Shown here piece after piece: positions 25,461 through 38,095 of a stretch of 64,000 bases of DNA; position 1 is the stretch's first letter; each line of letters opens with the position of its first letter. Location: assembly GCF_036321535.1 (NCBI RefSeq), contig NC_087436.1, positions 89,034,001 through 89,098,000 of the forward strand, given 5' to 3'. The position numbers were made by a program, and so were the translations under genes. The notes beneath the pieces are model-generated. The model saw only the letters and a program-made list of their open reading frames with translations. It had not been told where the DNA came from and searched no databases. The stretch comes from Camelus dromedarius (Eukaryota).

Positions 25461-28400
25461 TTTTTTCCTCCTCATTGCAAATTCATCAATATGTTTTCTT
25501 CAAGGCTCAATTTAAATGCTTCTTCCTCTGTGTACCTGCCTACCTTCCTTGGTTATAGTAACCTCAAGAAATCTCTCTTTCAACAAACCTCTATTGACTG
25601 CTTACTATGTGCCAGCTATAGTGCTAGGTGTCAAGGACATGTATATATATTTTTATATAATGTAGTGTAAACCTATGGTCGAAAAAGTCATGTATATGGA
25701 AATTTATGTTACTAGAGAGAATGGCAGGGCTGAAGTGACAAGGAACAAAGCCCTGGATTTGTTAGAGAAGGGACAAGGACATCAGAAGATAAGGTGGTGC
25801 ATGTGATTTTGCTAGGCACTGTGGAACAGTCAAGAGAATCATCAAGCATGGACTTTTGTCCTTGAGCTAATAATCTCCTTAGAACAAGAGTAAGACGTAA
25901 TATTGGAAGTGACAAGAATTTTTAACCAAATGCTAAATGGTACAGGATAGACCAGGATTAGCGGTTCATAAAAGTGAGAAATCATTGGGGTTCATGGAAG
26001 GTTTCATGAGGAGGTTGGGCTTGTATTGAGTCTTAAAGGAAGGGTAGAGGACAGAATAAAGGACTGGGAGATGAAAACTGTGTTCTTATCCTAGTTTTAT
26101 TATTACTCAGTTTCCTCATCCATAAATGAAAGGTTTTCACTAGGTAATCTCAAGAGTTTGTTTCTAATTATTGACAGAGTTCGATTATGGAGAATATTCC
26201 AGGCAGAAGACACAGCATACTAGCAAAAAATACTTGCAAGACGGGATCACTTGATTGGCACTGTAGGCAACATTAAGTTACAGCATTATGAAATCCCTCT
26301 AAAGTAAACAAGTTACTAGAATTTAGAATCAGCCAGTGAAGCATACAGATGCTCCTCATTAAACAGAAGTCATGACAAACAAGATACATTTTATCAAGAT
26401 ATTTTGCTTACTGTTAGCGCAGACTCAAAGGTACTTATAAATTGCATAAGGTTTATAAGTTTGTGGAAATCCCCCCAAATATTCTGCCACTGAGCTAGAA
26501 ATCATAATTTTAAGTGGCTTGACATATAAAATAATGAATCCGGTCCTGCAGCTGCCCATGAAAGCTGATTTCATTACTATTGCTAAATCAACATTACCAT
26601 GTTCTCTGCTTGGAAAAATAAGGAGTGCTGTGTCACAGTTATTGCTCATCTCCATTCTTTCTCCTTTATGGTCCAAAACTTATCCTAAAGGCTGGTGTTA
26701 CAGAGTGCGTGTGTGCGCATTTGTGTTTGTGTGTGTGTAGGTGAGTGTGTGTATGATGGTGCGCATAAGTATTTCTTTAGAGGTATGAAATTTTATCCTC
26801 CACCCTCCAAGTTTTTGCTGCCTGGTGAGGTGGGTGTGTGGTAGCCACATCACTGCTGACACCAGCAAGTTTCTGGTTGGCTTTGCCTTAACCCCTGCCC
26901 TTTGGAGAAGAGTGGCTTTCCCTTCACCTCAACCATATAAAGACCCCCAAGGGATCCTTATATCCATAGTGGGCACAGCTTCCCCAAAATACTATTCATG
27001 GGAAAAGTGACCATTGTCTATTCACGTCTTCAAAAGCAACAAGGAGCCACACTGGGCATTGCTTCAGCATCTTCAATGGTCAACCACTGCCCAAGTTAGT
27101 AAGGAAATACCGACATCTGAGTTGGGCACGATCCAGACACTGAAGATTTTTAAACCTTAAGACAGAAGGAAATGAGGCAAATGAAGATGCCAACACACTG
27201 GATTTCTAGGGCAGACATGGACTAACAGATTTCCTAAAGAGTTGCTAATGTTGTAATAATTGTTCAGTGAGATATCGCTCCCCACCCTTCCTGCTGCCAT
27301 AAAGGAAGGGACTTCCCACTCCAATCCCCAGGAGACAAGCCATGGAAGGAACACTTCTGGCTTCTTTTCCCTTTCTCCTCTTTCACTGCTCCCCACTGAC
27401 CTATCTCATGGGTACATTTGGAAGGAGGCAGGCATACGTGGCTTCGTGCCTTCTAGAATCTTGTCTCCCTCTGATCTGCTTCCAGAGAAGGTGCAATCCA
27501 CAGGGCTGTGCTTTGAACCTGCTGCTTTGGGGGGTAAGGCTTGCAGTTGTTCGGGGTTCCAGTGATTGGGGAGGTAAGTCTGTCTAATACTGAGGGCAAT
27601 GGCTTTATTATATTAACCACATAATCGTCAAACCAGCACTGATTCTTTTAAGTTTAGAGTATCACTGAACCTAAGTTTAGAGAAAATGAATATAATTATT
27701 ATTAAGACTTCGGTGAGGGGGCAACAAATGAGCCTCTCTCTTCCCTTCAGATAGACGATCAAAGTGCAAGATGTCTAATAAAGGGAAACAGAGAATGTGG
27801 TTTTAGATCTGCAGCCCCAGAGGTTTGCTAATCCTTCATCCTCCCCACACTCCCTATTAGACAGGTATATTTATGGGCTATATGAAGTAATTTTAGGTGC
27901 ACAATGGATAAGTGTTAAAGTGTTAACAGTTCATTCATTCCCTCACTCATTTCCTCACTAAGTGTTTATCGAGAGCCTACTTTGCATCAGGCACTGTTCC
28001 AGACAACGATGGAGAAATCAGCCCCTCCACGAGCAACAGGACATTAGGTCCCACGTTTTCAAATTTCAAAGATCTCAACTAATAAAGCCCCTTAGTCTTA
28101 TATTCTCCTGTGATTCTCCAAACCCTGTGATTGCCCCCATCTCCTGTTGGTTCTAAATGTTTTGCTGGACAAATACTGTGACCTCTTTCCAACTCGATGC
28201 TCCTTCTAGCAGACTTTTTGAAATGTGCTCACTTGTGATCACATGAGATCCACCTTCTCCTTGCCTGCTGAGTCTGTCTCTCATTTTCCCTCCTGAAGGT
28301 CCCTCCTGAATATTTTCCTGACTACAGGCAAATCTTGGAGTGCTCACATATAAAGGAAAACCTGGAATTTCACTGCATAAAAGCCAGAGATGGGGAGAGA

Positions 28401-29067
28401 CAGCTCCTGGCTGGTCAACCCTCTCCCTCTTGCCTGCAGCGCAGTGCTTATCAATCACAATATCTTGCTTTTAAATTCTGAGGACACAACAGTCCTAGGG
28501 AGATAGCAGTGAACAAAGGAGGTATGGTTCTAGAACTGCTGGTGCTTATACATTCTTATAAAATAAACAGGCAATATGCTTTTTTTTCCCATAAAATTGG
28601 TTTTTAAAAATGGAGTAGCATTATGAAGAAAACAAAACAGCTATATACATCGCTTTTAATGTATTTAGAAAAATCTAACTAGCACACTAACTTGATGACT
28701 TTGTGCACGTTTTTCTTAACATTACGTTCATCCTCATATTTCATTATAATGAGTGAAACATTTAAGTTAATTCACATTTCCTTTTTTTTGTAACTGACCT
28801 GACTACAGGACAGCCTGTACATGAATGTTTAAAGGCATCTCAATCTTAAACCGGCCAGAGCAGAACCCTCGGTCCTCTCTCTTCTTGTCCAACTTGCTCC
28901 TCCCCAGAATTTCCCACTAGGAGGTCACTCCAGGAAAGCAGGGACTTTGTTTTATTCACTATGTCTCCAGAGTTGAGAAAAGTGCTTGGCATATAGGAAC
29001 ATTCAATAAATATCTATTGAATGAACGGATGAATGAAATATAGATAGATAGGCAGGAGGTAAAAGGG

Positions 29068-29427
29068 CATGATGGTTAATTTTATGTGTCAACTTGACTT
29101 GTCTAGATGTTGCTGTGAAAATATTTTGTAGTTGTGATTGATATTTTCAATCAGCTACTGTACATAGAGAAGATTCTACCTGATGACCTGGGTGGCCTGA
29201 TCCTATCACTTTGAAGTCTTAAGAGCAAAAACTGAAGTTTCCTGGCCAAGAAGAATTTCTGCCTCAAGACTGTAGCACAGAAATCCCGCCTGAGTTTTCT
29301 GCTCACTCTGCAGATTTCAGTTCTCGACAATCGAGTGAGCCAATTCCTTAAAATAAGTATCTTTTTTGCCTGTATGTTGGTTCTGTTTCTATTGGCTCCA
29401 TTTCTCTGGAGAACCTTGACTGGTGCA
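29068..29427 (+). mobile_element. MLT2-type (ERVL) LTR remnant
   Basis: tgatggttaattttatgtgtcaacttgac start and tttctctggagaaccttgactggtgca end are typical of MLT2. Confidence 0.75.
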
Positions 29428-30379
29428 AAAGGGATGGTGAAAATCATGAGGGTGACTAAAGCTCTGGAAACACTGACGTGCTGGCTGCATGTCTTCCCTC
29501 AGTAGAAATCCTAGGTGAATGTACACATTCACTTTCTAACCTGGATTGAACCTTTTCCCAACCCTCCCATCTCATTCACCCGCTCCTTCTCTCTGCCCCC
29601 AATGTCCCCAAAGAATGCCTTAGGCTGTGAAAAATGTTGCCACTCACCAAACTGATCTGTTCTGGATATTTTCAGTATATAAATATAGCAGAACTCATTT
29701 CAGTGTAATTGGGATAAAATATAATGTTGTTTTCAGTGGCACTTTTAAAGCCCTGTTAAGAAATACCTCTGGGCTCAATCTACTTTGCAAACATAAAGTG
29801 ATTTCCTTACTGTTAGCCAATTCAGTTAGATTCCCGTTACTGAGTGGCTCATCCCTTGATGCTCCTAAGTCCTACAGAGCAGGAAGCCAAGTGAAGGGGT
29901 GCTGGCTGAAGCATGGGCTACCCTCCAGAAGCCTGCAGTCTACTGAACGAAACTGTCCAGAGCGCTCGGCTGCATTCCCTGCAGTGTGGAACCACACGTC
30001 TTCCATCTGCCCATTTGGCTCATACACTGAATTTGTGATGTCACTGTCCATCATCAGCTCTCACCAGGGCCATGAAACTCCTGTCCCCTGGCATCAAATT
30101 CCTACAACTTTTTTTTCTTTTTTTAAATAGGGGGGCTGGAGGCTGGGGGATGGGAGTTTTGCTAGAGATGGTTTGCATATCTCTTTGCATGTTCTGACAG
30201 CTCATGGCAGAAGTGGAAACTTCATCATTTCAAGAAGCAACTGAAGGTTAGGTACAAACCTACATAAACCTAAACAAATCTCATATAATATAATTCAGGG
30301 AACAGAGAAGGAAAAAGATGCAGATCAAATGAAACAATTGGCAAATTTTCCAGAATGTTTCTCAGCTGCTAAATTTATC

Positions 30380-31050
30380 CTGTATTCCTTGTTCCCCGTC
30401 ATTTCTCTCATCCAATGTATGAGCAGGTCGTAATGGCTCCGCTTTTAAATGCATCCTGAATTTGATGGCTTCTCCCCACAAACATCCCTGGCAGCATAAT
30501 TTATCTTCCTTTTTCCAGGAATGCTACCCTGTGGTCTTTTCTCTACATAATAGCTGGAGTGATCCCTTTTAAATGTAAAACAGACCATGTCTTCTGTTTA
30601 AATCTAGCAACTTTCTAAGCCATGAAATAAAATCCAATTTTCTCATCCAAATCCACAAAGCACTATGTGATTTGGCTCCTGCAGACACCTCTGTCCTTAT
30701 CTCCTACCACTCTGCTCCTTGAACTCTCTTTTCCAGCCAGTCTGGCCTCTTGTTGGCTGTCCCCTGATGCTCCTAAGTCCTCAGGCCACTTTCACTTACT
30801 CTTCCTCTCTCCCAAAACACTCTTGTGAGAACTGTTACCTGGCTAGCTTGTCATCATTTTCTTCGCAGTGAGTATCATCTGCCATTATATCACATATTTA
30901 TTTATACATTTTTCAGTAACCTCAACTGAAATGTAAGCGCCAGGAGGGCAGCTGCTTTTTCTCTGCTGCTGTTCATCACTTTCTATCCCCCTTGCTTTTC
31001 CAGAACAGAGCCTGAGATAGTCCCAAGGAGACTGAGTAAACGTCTGAATG
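30380..31050 (+). mobile_element. L2 3' region remnant
   Basis: cacaaagcactatgtgatttggctcctg...actgaaatgtaagcgccaggagggcag...gtaaacgtctgaatga follows the L2 3' end pattern. Confidence 0.6.
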
Positions 31051-32999
31051 AGAAACTCAGATTTAGAGTCATCTGTTGGGCTCTGTTTGAGTTTTGATGG
31101 CTGAAGATCCCTGAGTGGCTAAAATCTTTAGGGTAGTGGTTCTCGGACATTATTGTGCATCCAAGTCAATTGGGAAGCTTGTTAAAAATCCAAGTTTGAG
31201 CTCATTTTTTCTAGAGAAAGGTCTTCCTAGTCTGCATTTCACACACACATTCCAAGGGTCCTAGTTCGTTCTGGTGTACTTGGCCTTTAGTTGTGGCAGA
31301 TGGAAAATCCATAGAGTAGTTACTTCCAGGCAACTGAGAATTAATTACAAATATGTGCAGTTCAAGCCTGAGAGATACACAACATGTGGCTGGAGAGTGA
31401 CTTCTTAAATTGATGTTAGTGGGAACTTAGGGGGCTTTGAGAAGAGAATGATGGAAACAAGAAAGTAGAAGCTATTTTATACAAAAGGGCATTTTATTCC
31501 TGAGCCAAACACTCACTGATTGCTTAGGGAGTTCCAATATTTAAGATGAGTCCTTTTTTTACAGTTAAATATAACATGCATTATAACCAGCAAATTCATT
31601 CAATTCTGAAGGATGCAAATAGGGGCCATTTTCCAGATGCATCTTCAGTAAAACCCCTTAAAATACTCATTTAAGATGTCATCAGCAATGTTTTGCTCTC
31701 AGGTAAAGGAAAGAGTGATTTTGGCCAGAGTAATAACGGTTTTTCACATGGTTGTAAAGGAGATACTCAGAATGTGTAATGTCCATTTGTGTGTGAACAT
31801 CCTGGGGCTTGTAGGTTCTACACCTAAGTGGGTAAGTCCTTGTTATTGCATCTCATCAGGCAGAATCTTCTTACTGCATTAGCCAGAGTTTCCGAAGACA
31901 ATCAACACAGCATTTCTAAGGATTGGAGACGATTATGAACCATGGGCAGTGTGGTGTTATCAATCAGCTTGGATTCTAATACAGAGATTTCAGGAGAAAG
32001 GAACTTCTGGGAAAAGATACATTAGGGCCACTTAAAGTATCAACATAGGTTGAAAGCATTATATTAATATCACCCATTATTGTACCACTGACTGTCCCTA
32101 ATTAGAATAAATGCCTTTCATTAGAAAATATTTATTATATATATTATTTAATTTTGAAAGCTACCTAACAGTTCTTATTTTGGGAAAGGCTTAAAAATTT
32201 TGTTTTTGTAATAATAGGAGTATAATGGGAAAAAAGGTCCCAATTTTACATGAATTCTAAGGTCATGCCTTTGGTTTTGTAATTAATTAGTTTACTTATT
32301 ATTTTAAAAGACTTTTAAGTGCCCGATTAGTGCTATGCTCTGTGACAGGCATTGGAACTCCAAAGATGGAAGATACAGTATCTGCATTCAAGACCCACTG
32401 TTTTTTTCTTTATAGCAATTTTTTGTTACCTGGCATGCGTGTGTTTGTGTGTGTGATGTTCATTGTGTGTGATGTATTTGTCTGTGTGATGCTCACTGTC
32501 TGTCTCTGCCATCCAAGTGTAGGCTTTTGTTTTATTCATCGCTGACTAGCTTTCTAGTGCACGGACAGTATTCACACAGTATGAATGCATTAAATATTTG
32601 TTAAATTAAAAAAAATAGGTAAGCAAAGGTGCGGTGGAAAGATATCAGAGGAGCACCAACTCGGCCTGAGGAGTGAGGAAAGGTATCAGTCAAGAGGTGA
32701 ATTCTAGGGAGCCAGCCAAGCAAAAGTTCCAAAGAGTGAAAACAAGGCAGGCATTTAGGGAAAACTGCGAGTCGTACTTCTGGAACAAAGAGTGTGTCAG
32801 TGAAAGGGAGAGGCAGGACAAGTGAGGCAGGAGAGGAAGGCAGAGTGAGGTCACAGTGGGCCTTGGGTCCCACGTCAAGGGGTCTGGAGGTTTCCTTTAG
32901 GTAAAGGATCTGGATGGGTCATGGTGGATGCCTATAGGTTTGACCTGTCTGATTCCATTCCACTTTCCTCTGATAGCGTTGCCTTGACTTTTTTTTGTT

Positions 33000-33520
33000 G
33001 CACGTGATCGAGGTGGAAATGATTGCATCTTCTAGGCTCGAGGGACAAGCCTGTGATGCAGACCTGGGCATTTAGGGATTTCCATCTTCCTGGTCAGAGG
33101 GATTGATTTCTGCATGAGAATATGACGTGAGTTGGCCCCAAAAGACTCAATCCTAGGACTTATGTTGTTGGAACTCTTGGGTATAAGAAAGTACTTTGTG
33201 CTGAGGTTGAAGAGTTTTGACAGTATAAACTTTGGAGTTTGGGGACCACCACGAGAGAAGGGTCTACTGAAAATAAAGCTAACATAAATGAAAGCCGAAT
33301 TAAGAGAAGACGAGATATGCTTTCTGATGACATTGTTTGAATATCTGGATGTAGCCACAGGTGGAATTAGAAACTTTGCTGGACTTTTCAGTTGTGTGGG
33401 TCAAAAAATTCCCTCCCCTCCTCTTTTTTTTTTTTTTCTTAAGCCAGTTAGATTTTCTTAAGTTAAGTTAAGATTTTCTTAAGTAAGTTAGATTTCTCTC
33501 TCATTCACAAAAGAATCCTA
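33000..33520. mobile_element. MLT1-type (MaLR) LTR remnant
   Basis: tgatgacattgtttgaatatctggatgtagcc...ggacttttcagttgtgtggg...cttaagccagtt...aaagaatccta resembles old MLT1 3' halves. Confidence 0.55.
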
Positions 33521-36499
33521 GCTGTGAGAATAGAAGAAATTGGAGACTAGATGCCAGGGAGAAGATGAGAGAGAGACAGAGAGGGAGAGAGACAGATTTT
33601 GGGATTCCTGGAAAGGAGAATTAGATGGTTAGACAACTGAAGACTCTGGAGATTAGCTAAATTAAGCCAAGACTAGAGAACAAAACACAGACCAAGCCAG
33701 ATTTGGGCAGGGGTTTGAGGGCTAAAGACATCCATGAACTGTCAGCACAGGCTGTCATTAGAAATCAAAGGTCCTGCCTGGATTTCTCCAGAATTCAGTT
33801 GCTGAGTCAGAAGGGTTAATGTTTCATTAGAAGCTGAGGGCAAAGCAATGAAATGGGGTGGGGCCCAGGTTCAGAAGCTAATATGGGTTCAAGCTAGTCT
33901 AAGCTAGACTTGAGGAGAGAGCTGTTTACCTTTATGAAGTCTATTTTCACATGCATTTTGTATCCTGGAATTAATCAAAGTACAGAACTGATTGACATTT
34001 AGAAAGTAGTCTGAAAGTGTAGGTGATTCACCGTAAAGAACAGGAATGGGAGGAAAGAAGGCAAATTACAGTATCAGTATCTGATTCTGAAGGGGGAAAG
34101 TTCTGCTTCTTGATTGTTGGGGTCCCAAGTGTACACTGGGTATGACTCTCTAGCAGATTCCACCAGTGTCCGCCATGACTTAGAATGATTTTGAATCCAT
34201 CTCTAATCACAGATCACTCATACAATCTTTTCATCTTGGGTGGATCTATTTGCAATTAGGCGGGCATTGTGGCCAGCAGATATGACCATATATAAAACCA
34301 TTGTGGCCAGCAGATACAATCATCTAATAAATATTTTTAATTCTAGGATTTCCACTGGATCTTTTTTTATAGTTTCAATTCCTATTCTGATACTCCCCAT
34401 TTCTTCATATATTATATTAATCTTTTCCTATAGACTTTATTTTAGACTTTTAGTTTTGTTCCCAGTTAGTATGAAAGTAGCCCAGAAGTAGCTTACTTCC
34501 AGCCTAGTTGTACAGAGAAATCTATCTTTCAAACTCTAAATACCATCTTTAGTTTCAAATGATGCCTGAGGGGTTTATAAATCCATAGTTTTTAATCACC
34601 TTGGAGGTCAAAACTCACCTAATGTCTGGATTGAACATCTGTACTCATATAAAAAGATGCTTCAGTGCAATGAGTAGAAATATAACTCAAGGCAAAGCAA
34701 GCACCTTTGAAGCTTCAGTGCAGATACCACTTGGCAGGACTGCCCAGCCAAGGCTATCACAGTAACACGTGATAAATGATCAATGCTGCTCTATGTGCTA
34801 GGGTACCAAGGCTGAAATTAGGGACCCCTCGAATAAAAATTGTCTGAGACCAGAGCATATATGCCATTTGAATTCAACTGTTTATAAGAATCTAAAAGGA
34901 AAGAGGAGGATCATTCAACCATTATATTAAAAGGAAATATCTAATATCATTTTCTATTTTTAACATTTATTTAACCAGGGGGTAGCATTTTTAAATACCA
35001 CACAGGTTGCATTATTAACTTCACTGCTGGAGATGATGCACTGAACAGATGAAGTAATACACTTGCTTTGTTATTGACACATTGCCTGAGCTCCTGGTTT
35101 TAGAAGAGGATAAGGAAGTCAGGAACTGGAAAAGCTAAGCAGTTATGGGGATGATTATAATCTCCTTGAGATGGTACCATCTATTATTGTTCCATCCAAA
35201 TCTTAAGAAGTTTATAAAATCTTAGCCGTAACACTCCTTTGGAGATTATGCTTATATGATGTTATATCACTGTGATTCAGGAAGAATAGCAGAGGCTGAT
35301 AGAAAGCATGCTTGAAAAAATGTTAAAAATCAAAGTGATGGAAACAGTAACAAAGTCTGGAGCAGAAGCTAAAATAGACTATAGACAGTCTCTTTTTATT
35401 ACTTATTATGAATATACAAGAATTTTCTAAAACATTATGATATAACACTCAATACCTGTGTGGTATCTAAGAATTCATCTTGAATGGAAAAGGTGTCTTC
35501 AGCAGTCCTGCATTAAAAAAAGTGCTCATTTGGTATTTTCTCAGGTCTAGCCACCAAAGAAAGAACAATAAACATAGTAGACAGGGACCCTGGTGTATAT
35601 CCTTGGGAAGCTTGGCATCTAACAAAGAAAGAGGTTACAAAAATGATTGCCCAAATAAAGATATACTTAATAATTTGGTAAGTCCTAAGGTGGAAAAGCA
35701 CAGGATGCCATGAGAATAAATCACAACGGTACCAAATATAAACCAACAGTGAATGTGTCAGTTAAGGCATCCCCAAGGTGGTAGAATTTATGGTAAGAAT
35801 GGGGGCAATGGAAAAATGGAGAGAAGTCCAATATTACCTTCAACCTCACTAATCCCTTCTTCTATTGTATAAAATCTAATGCTAATCCATCTAACATATA
35901 TTCTAATTTTATGATTTCCAGTTCTTCTTTTTTATAGTTTCAATTTCTATTCTGATACTCATTTCTTAATATATTATGTTAAGCTTTTCCTATGGACTTT
36001 ATTTTAAACTTTTCATTTTGAAATTATCGTCAATTCCTAGAAAGTTGCGAAGATAGCACAGAGAGGTTCTATGTACCTTCATGCAGTTTCTCCCATTGAT
36101 TACATCTTATCTGTTGTAAAATATCAAAACCAGGAAACTTATATTGGTATAAAGTGTGTATAGTTCTATGTAACTTTACTACACGTTAGAATCATGATAA
36201 CAGGAAGCTTCTTCCTTTTGGATATAGTCCTCGGGATAAATCCTACCCTGAATTATTCTATAATCCAATCATAATTTTCTATCCTGGCAAGACCAGAAGA
36301 TTCTCAAGGGCAAGCATCATGCCTCCTCCTTCTCCCATAGTATTGAGGATAGAGTTTTACACAAGAGTAAACATTTATTTGAGTGTGTTGCTTTGTAGTT
36401 TGACCGTTTGGCTGAATCTGTATGTTTCCTTTGTTTATAATTTCTAATTACCTGACAGTTCTTTGTCCAAATGTGATGACCTGCTAAAGAGCATGAAGA

Positions 36500-36975
36500 T
36501 ACACCTTGAAGACTCACAGTCTGGTTTCTCCCTGATTCTCCAACCACATCTCATCCTACTCTGCTTTCTCCCTCACTCACTACGCTCTTGCTACGCAGAC
36601 CTTCTCTCAGTACTTTGACATGTCAAGTGATTCCCGCCCCAGACCCTTTGTGCTTCTTACTTCCTTTGCCTAGAATGGACATGGCACGGCTGCTGCTGTT
36701 CGTCACTTAGATGTCAGGTCAAACGGCAGCTTCTCAGATGGGTCTTCCTGATCACCGGGTCCAAGTTTCCTGTTCCCTCAAATCTGACCCAAAACATTCT
36801 CTTGCCCATCACTCTGTTTTGCTTTCTTCATAGCACTTCCTATTACCTGAAATGGTCCTCTTCATACTTGCTTGTCTGTTTACTGCCTGTCTTCCCATGT
36901 TAGAACCTAAACTCCACGAGGGCAAGGAACTTTGTCTCATTCAGAGCAGAGCTGTCAATGCTCAGAACAGTGAAT
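36500..36975 (+). mobile_element. L2 3' region remnant
   Basis: ttcttcatagcacttcctattacctgaaat...ttagaacctaaactccacgagggcaaggaactttgtctc. Confidence 0.65.
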
Positions 36976-37212
36976 GGTTTTTTGAGTTGTCACCCTGTGT
37001 GCCATCTTGAAAACAACTTGTCATGGGTACAGTATTTCCATGCACACAATTGTAAATTGATTTCAGTGAAAAATAGCATAGAGGTAGAAGCTACAGAAAC
37101 ATTTAAAAAGAATAAATGAAGTATTACTTCAAATTTAATTCCACAGTGAGAGCACAGGTCACAAGATCTACTAATGAAAAGCAAAGGAGAAATGGTGACA
37201 ATGTCTTGTATA

Positions 37213-37500
37213 TAATAATAGCTAATATTTATTGAGTACTTACTGTGTTCTAGGTATTGTTCCAAATACTAGGTTTGAAAAAAATGACACAACTCATTTA
37301 GTCTTTACAGTAACTGAGAGATAGATATACTATGAAAATCTCCATTTTATGGATGATGACACTGAGAGCAAAGGTTAGATAAGGAATTACATAGGTCGAT
37401 CTGCCTGAAATTTTAAAGCCTGTAAGTGGCAGAGCTGGGGCTTGAACCCAAGCAGTTTGGTTCCAGTCTGTGATTGTAACCACTGTGCTCTAGTGCCTCA
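37213..37500 (-). mobile_element. Near full-length MIR
   Basis: taatagctaatatttattgagtacttactgtgttctagg...gtaagtggcagagctggggcttgaacccaagcagtttggttccag. Confidence 0.75.
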
Positions 37501-37795
37501 CTGCCATTCGGAGTAAGAGTTTGTTCACTTTAGTTTCCTCATTTATTGATTAAGTAGATCTGGAATTATTCTTTTGCACACAGCTCCACAACTATATAGT
37601 TTAGAATGTGATGGGCTTGGCGTTAGGCTGCAGGCCTATGTAGATTATTAATCTGCGTAATCTTCAACATCAATTTCCAAATATGTAAAGTGAAGGGTAT
37701 TTCAGCCTTATTCAAGATAAATGAACATTTCACAGTTTTTTTTTTTTTTTTTTCTGTTGTGGGAGCTCTGAGCACCATGCTGCTGCTAAATTTCA

Positions 37796-38095
<300 letters not shown>

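Noticed and set aside
29627..30130. 167-aa plus-strand ORF
   Set aside because: GTG start, no domain-like content and no splice or poly(A) support; consistent with chance.
33436..33497. Short repeated units (ttagattttcttaag) resembling an array
   Set aside because: Local slippage at the end of an MLT remnant; there are no spacers and the context is mammalian, so it is not CRISPR-like.
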